Shown here piece after piece: positions 58,764 to 64,000 of a stretch of DNA of 64,000 bases (positions are counted from its first letter, which is position 1; every line of letters starts with the position of its first letter). The notes beneath the pieces were generated by a model. That model saw only the letters and a program-made list of their open reading frames with translations. It was not told where the DNA came from and ran no database searches. The translations under genes were made by a program, and so were the position numbers. The stretch spans positions 7,812,001 to 7,876,000 of the forward strand of contig NW_026889805.1 of assembly GCF_033153115.1 (NCBI RefSeq), read 5' to 3'. The DNA comes from Saccostrea echinata (Eukaryota).

Positions 58764-61700
58764 TCAGCACGAGTTGTCTTCGTCACTATTTAACCTGGAG
58801 ATCATATATGCCCTATTCTCTCGTTGTCGCACTGATAAATAAACTCTCTGATACGATTTCTGTATTAATTGTCTATTCAAAACAACCAATTTATTCTCTA
58901 TCTGTAATTAAAAAAAAACAGTCATATTTACAATTAAAAAAAAGAATGCAAACCAATGATGGTCGAATTTTCGTGTCACGAACTCACCTGTTGTATAGAG
59001 ATCTTCAGGTCTTCATTCTCACTCTCCAGGCTCTGGTGTAAACTACATTCCTCCCCGTCCTGAGTTTGGTTGTCTTCTAGAAATCTCACATCTCGTGCAG
59101 ATTCTGTAGATCTCATAATGACCAGGATCTTTGTGGAAGGAAATCAGAAAATACAACTGCATGATGAACCAAATACCGAGAAGAGTATACAAGAAAAGTA
59201 CATTTAAATACCCTTGAAATGAATTATATTTTCTTTTGCTTTGTAATACCTTTGGAAGAAAGAGAAAACCCATTGACAGGTAGCAGGAGAGAAGGACACA
59301 CCCGGCCACGAAAGCGTACTTCGCAACGTGCTGCTTGCTGATAATGAAGCATAACGGTAAAGAAATGGAAACAAGTACCTATAATAAACCATATTTACTG
59401 AATTAGTTTGATTAAAATCAACTTCTTTGAGAAGACCACTTTTTTATCCAACATCAATAAATTGTCTCACCATGATATTGTAGATCGCAATGGCAACAGA
59501 TCGGGAGTCTTTATAGTTCTGGAGTTTAACACTCCGGGTTTCAAAGGCCAGAAAAATACCAAACAGTAAAATTACTCCATTGAATCCAAGTGTTACGCCT
59601 GCAATTGAATAATTAATTATCTTTGTTAAGCTTTATTTTACATAAGATACTATTTTCCTTCATAAATTGGCACAGAAAAAAATGCATGAAATACGGTCCA
59701 TCCTGTGACATACGCCGTATGTCTAAACTTGCCTACAGTATGGTCCTCGTACAGGACAACAGGAGGAACAATAAATACACACACACACACACATTAAACA
59801 GTATAAAAATTAAACGTCACCTAGCCAAATGCTCATTTGTTTTGCATCACAAAACTCTAGTTGGGGGCGGAGTTTTATGTCCTCATCAGTGTTGGTGGGA
59901 ACTTCAAGATCAAATATGAGCAACTGTCGAAACAGTGGGTCTTTAATTTGCAGAGATGTCAGAATAATTACATTTATTGTCTGGATAAGGATAAATACCG
60001 CATACAATTCCGATGAATTTATCGTCTACAAAAGATGTAGTTGAATTCTAGAAACAAGAAAAAAAATAGCATATGAGTGTATAAGTTCGAGAGTTTTAAG
60101 ACCCGCATCTACATCCATTTTTATTCATAAGATGCAATTACAAAAAAAAACCCACCTTTACTCCCCAAATAAAATAGATAATAAAATCCAGAAGAACATT
60201 CACGCTAGTATCCTTCATATAAATGTACCTTTCCTTTTGTTTTTGTATTTATTCTGTGAACCATCCAAACTTTTGAAAACAATGCTCCATATCCTACAGA
60301 GAACCCTGCCAGAAGACACCAAGCCCTCAGCTGACAAATGACAGTAAATGTTTCAGGAGAGATATAATTCTGGTCCAGTCCAAAAAGAGGAACTGCCATC
60401 AAGGAAATAATGCAACCCAGTATCACTAAAACGTTCATTACCGGCTGAGAATCTACGATGCACCTACAGAAATTATTGTCCATAAATGTTTGATCTATAT
60501 TTTGTACCAGGCAGTTTTGTGGTCAGAAAATTTCTTAAAACCTAAGTGTCAAAAACCTACATTCGATATCTATTGAGGAAAGTAAAGATGCAGCAAAAGA
60601 TCCCAAAACAGACGCCCCCTCCAGCAAGTAAAGTGAAGGTAAGGAATACGTTTGAAGGAATAACCTTTGGTGACGTAATAATGCGAGTGTGGTCTGGAGG
60701 AGGGTGTCCGCCTGAAAAATAAAAATAGAGTTGAGTGTAAAAAGCTTTGAATCTGAAATACTGGAATTGATATCTGATGGACACACCCATTTATATTTTC
60801 ACTTACCAATCCACCTTTCAACACCAAGCCATGAAAGGTTGTCCGACATTTGATGGTAGCATCCAAGGGTGTTATATGTTCCATCTATGATGCATGCAAA
60901 GTATTCGTATCATTTTACATATTATATAGGTACTCCAATTTTTTATACATATTCTAGTTTCCTTTATTTAATGCTATCTAACTCTAAAAACGACCGCCAT
61001 AAATTTTATTCTAAAAATCGATCTACATACGCACTTGTCATTTGCTCCACCATTGTCCACGCAATGCGATCTCCTTCAGATGAAAACGCTACGATGCCCT
61101 ATTTAGAAATAGGACTTCATATTCTTTCAGCTTTCATTTGATTATATCAAGTAAATAACATTTTTCAAGTTGAGCTGGAACTTACCGACACACCAAGAAA
61201 GTGAGTAGCATTCATTGAGGAGTAAATCTTTTGTGATATATCCTCTCTACTGTACTGGAAGTTCTGAAGACTAGATCCAATATGTATTAGTCTATAATAA
61301 AATGCACCATAAAAGGTTTTCAAAAAGTACACATTAAAACAATTATAGAACATTTCTGAGGCACATACTTTTTCTCCGTCTTGTTCAGCGCTAAAGCCAA
61401 GGCCCAGATGGCATCGAATGCAAGTGGAGCCTCTGGATAACCCGAAACGTCCGTCCTGTAATTCAGCCTTCTATCTAGCTCAGTTTTAAATTCTGCTGAT
61501 GTCTATGGTTGCATAAAAAAATAAGACACGTTACACTTCCTACGGTATTTCTATATTGGAATATGTTTCCAAAACGTCAAAAGAACAAATCCTTGATAAA
61601 TTACCATTCCTGAAACTGTTCTGGCGAGTCTGTCTTGGTGAATAATCTCTGCTTCAGTCGTGAAGTGCCCCTCCAGTGCTAACTTCAACTGAACCGGAAT

Positions 61701-63778
61701 ACAGTCCACTTCTGGGTCAGGCTTTTCATACCATTTATCAGGGTACCAGCCAACAAGGAACCACACGTAACGTTTGCCGTACAGTTTGTTCTTATATGCC
61801 TACTTTCCAAGCATAAAACATCTGTTTCCAAAAGAATAACTTAGGGTAAAAGATACACTGATAAAAAAAAATAAGTACATGTAATTTTTTACCTCACAGA
61901 AAACTTTTCTTGCCAGATTTTCATAAAACATCCCAACAATAATCCTCGCATCCCGTCTCTGTTAAAAAAAACAGGCATACATCACGTACATTATACATAT
62001 ATTACAATATCTGTATAAAATACATATATTGTAAGCATAAAATACATATTCACATTTTTGTATAAAACACAAATATGTAATGTCTATTCGTATTGCACAC
62101 ATTCATTCTAATTTGATTCCTTCGATATATACGTCCCCATCTCTCAATCTGTTCCACTGGCTAATCGCATTCTCGTTCAAGCCGCCCCTGCACCCCCTCC
62201 TACACACACACACACACACACTACGTGCCTTCGAAAACAAGGTTCCTTGACAAATGTATTCATTTACACTAAAAATTCTAATTAATAGTACTTGGATGTT
62301 TTCAAAAGCCCCCGGAAGCTCATGGAATTTAAGGGTTTTTAATCAGGACATTACCTTAGAATATTCTTTTTTTAACCACCGTAGATCTACTAAATATTAT
62401 TTTTTAAAAATTGCCGAGTTTTGACAAAACTTACTGCTCCACAAAAAGCATTTCCTGTTATGAATAAAGCAATTGTCAAATAAACCTACATATTTATATT
62501 CATGACAGTTAATATTGTTTTGAATTTTACTAAACAAAGTGGCCGCTATTATGGACAAAAGGAAAAACCAAAGAAAATGTAATAAACAGAAAATTCAATG
62601 TTTTGGTAGTTGTTTTAGAATTTATTTCACAAGTAAGACAGTTTTTATTATCATAAATGCGAAATAGATTCTATGTACATGTATATCCAACTTCAAAAAT
62701 TGAACATTTTCTATTTAAAATGCTATTACATCTAATTATTGATTCTTTTGAAATTATAGTGCTAGTACGACGCGCTAAATCTGTTTTTTTTTTAAATTAT
62801 TAACTTAAAGGGAATTAATAAATAACATATTTTATGATTTGCTATAGTTTTGAATTGGCAATATTATGAAATTCGCCCTTGAAATTCTAAATCTAGTTTT
62901 TTTTTTAAATTATAAACCCTATCTAATTTTGATCTATTACTGAACTTTCGACATCTTTTCTTTTCCATTTTTTTTTTTTTTTTTTTTTTTTTGTTTATTT
63001 TATTTAATCATTTTTGTGAAAAATCTGTGTATTCATTTGCGCTGTTGCATTGAGGGCGCTACGCTACTTACTTTCAAAACTTTCAGTACTTTGATTTTCT
63101 TTGAGAGAAAAGGGAGCAATAAGGTCTACCCACTCTCTTGTATGAGTACTCAAACGTTTACTTATTTAACATAAAGTATAATGGATGCACCGGGACTTTC
63201 TTATTGTATGGTGATAGTCACCGTGGTCTAACATCTCACCGACTGCACTATCGTCTAACTATTCGGGCTAATGTAATATGTTTCTTTAATAATTTTCTTA
63301 GTGATAAATCTAATTTTGACAAATCTTAAATTGAAACACATTTGTAAGCATACCTTAAGATTTGCCACCGCATTGGAGGGGTTCGATAAGAATTCTTGTC
63401 TCGTTACAATCTCCATACCAGCAGCTTTAATACGCTTTACAAGATCTTCCTCTGTCTGAAAAAAGTATATAATTGCTGCAGTTTACTGTTTCTCCTCACT
63501 CTTCATAAGAAGTTATTTTGGCAGAAAATTTATGGAACAACTTTATGAACGTCTAATGAAAACTTATGAACTAATGAATTCTCGTGCATGGCAATAGAAC
63601 TTCTTACAGACGAAAATACTTCTTCCTTTTGTCGAATCGTGGCTATCCTACTCCACCCAAACTTCTGGAATATTTTGATTCTCGCCGGATTGTGTAGTGT
63701 GGCTGATGGATGTGTCCTGAAGAAACTTGGAAACCGTCGTCTGTCAGAGAGTGAAGGAGAGCTGGATCCGTAACCTAA
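58764..63778 (-). CDS. GABBR1: GABA-B receptor subunit 1-like class C GPCR (3' part, ~680 aa; 5' exons beyond the right edge)
   Basis: Exons 63778-63608, 63455-63354, 61958-61893, 61799-61605, 61502-61369, 61291-61186, 61098-61035, 60884-60807, 60711-60561, 60463-60229, 60025-59821, 59598-59471, 59378-59250, 59128-58988, 58901-58764, phases consistent. Motifs [100 protein letters not shown]-terminal coiled coil. AATAAA on the minus strand at ~58653-58658. Confidence 0.9.
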
Positions 63779-63822
63779 CTGTCAGAGATATATATAGAAT
63801 AGGGAAATTAGGAAACCCGGGA

Positions 63823-63828
<6 letters not shown>

Positions 63829-63901
<73 letters not shown>
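63829..63901. repeat. (TA)n microsatellite within a ~31-bp GAATAGGGAAATTAGGAAA repeat
   Basis: Seen directly in the sequence. Confidence 0.9.
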
Positions 63902-63903
<2 letters not shown>

Positions 63904-64000
63904 TAGAATAGAGAAATAAGGAAACTCGGGAAATATGAATAGGGAAATTAGGAAATCTGGGAAATTATATCCGAGTAAAAGAGAGTTGAACAACGTTATA

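Noticed and set aside
59043-59157. GABBR ending at the TAG at 59043 via the acceptor at 59157
   Set aside because: The acceptor at 59129 gives the frame that contains the conserved coiled coil and a GTGAGT donor.

Overview
AT-rich, intron-rich animal genomic DNA, most likely a bivalve mollusc such as a Crassostrea/Magallana-type oyster. That assignment is inferred from the Helentron-associated ~166-bp satellite elements and the MITE content. Six protein-coding genes were rebuilt exon by exon with consistent splice phases: NUP214 (-, runs off the left edge), NEK6/7 (+), PLPP6/7 (-), FAM78 (+), PSMB7 (-) and a GABA-B receptor subunit 1-like gene (-, 5' part beyond the right edge). Introns and intergenic DNA carry HINE/Helentron satellites, nested MITEs, CR1 and RTE LINE relics, tRNA-derived SINEs and two 147-nt N gaps. 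Three observations stand out. (1) Four independent tandem arrays each have a unit spanning an exon end plus its 5' splice donor. (2) Long foldback hairpins with unrelated stems share a GC-GAA-GC apex and tandem GA/GA mismatches, suggesting a folded ssDNA substrate (Crypton-like). (3) The gene set matches human 9q33-34 / MHC-paralogon neighbourhoods (NUP214-FAM78A-PLPP7 and NEK6-PSMB7), suggesting ancient microsynteny. All coordinates were read by eye and no database searches were run.
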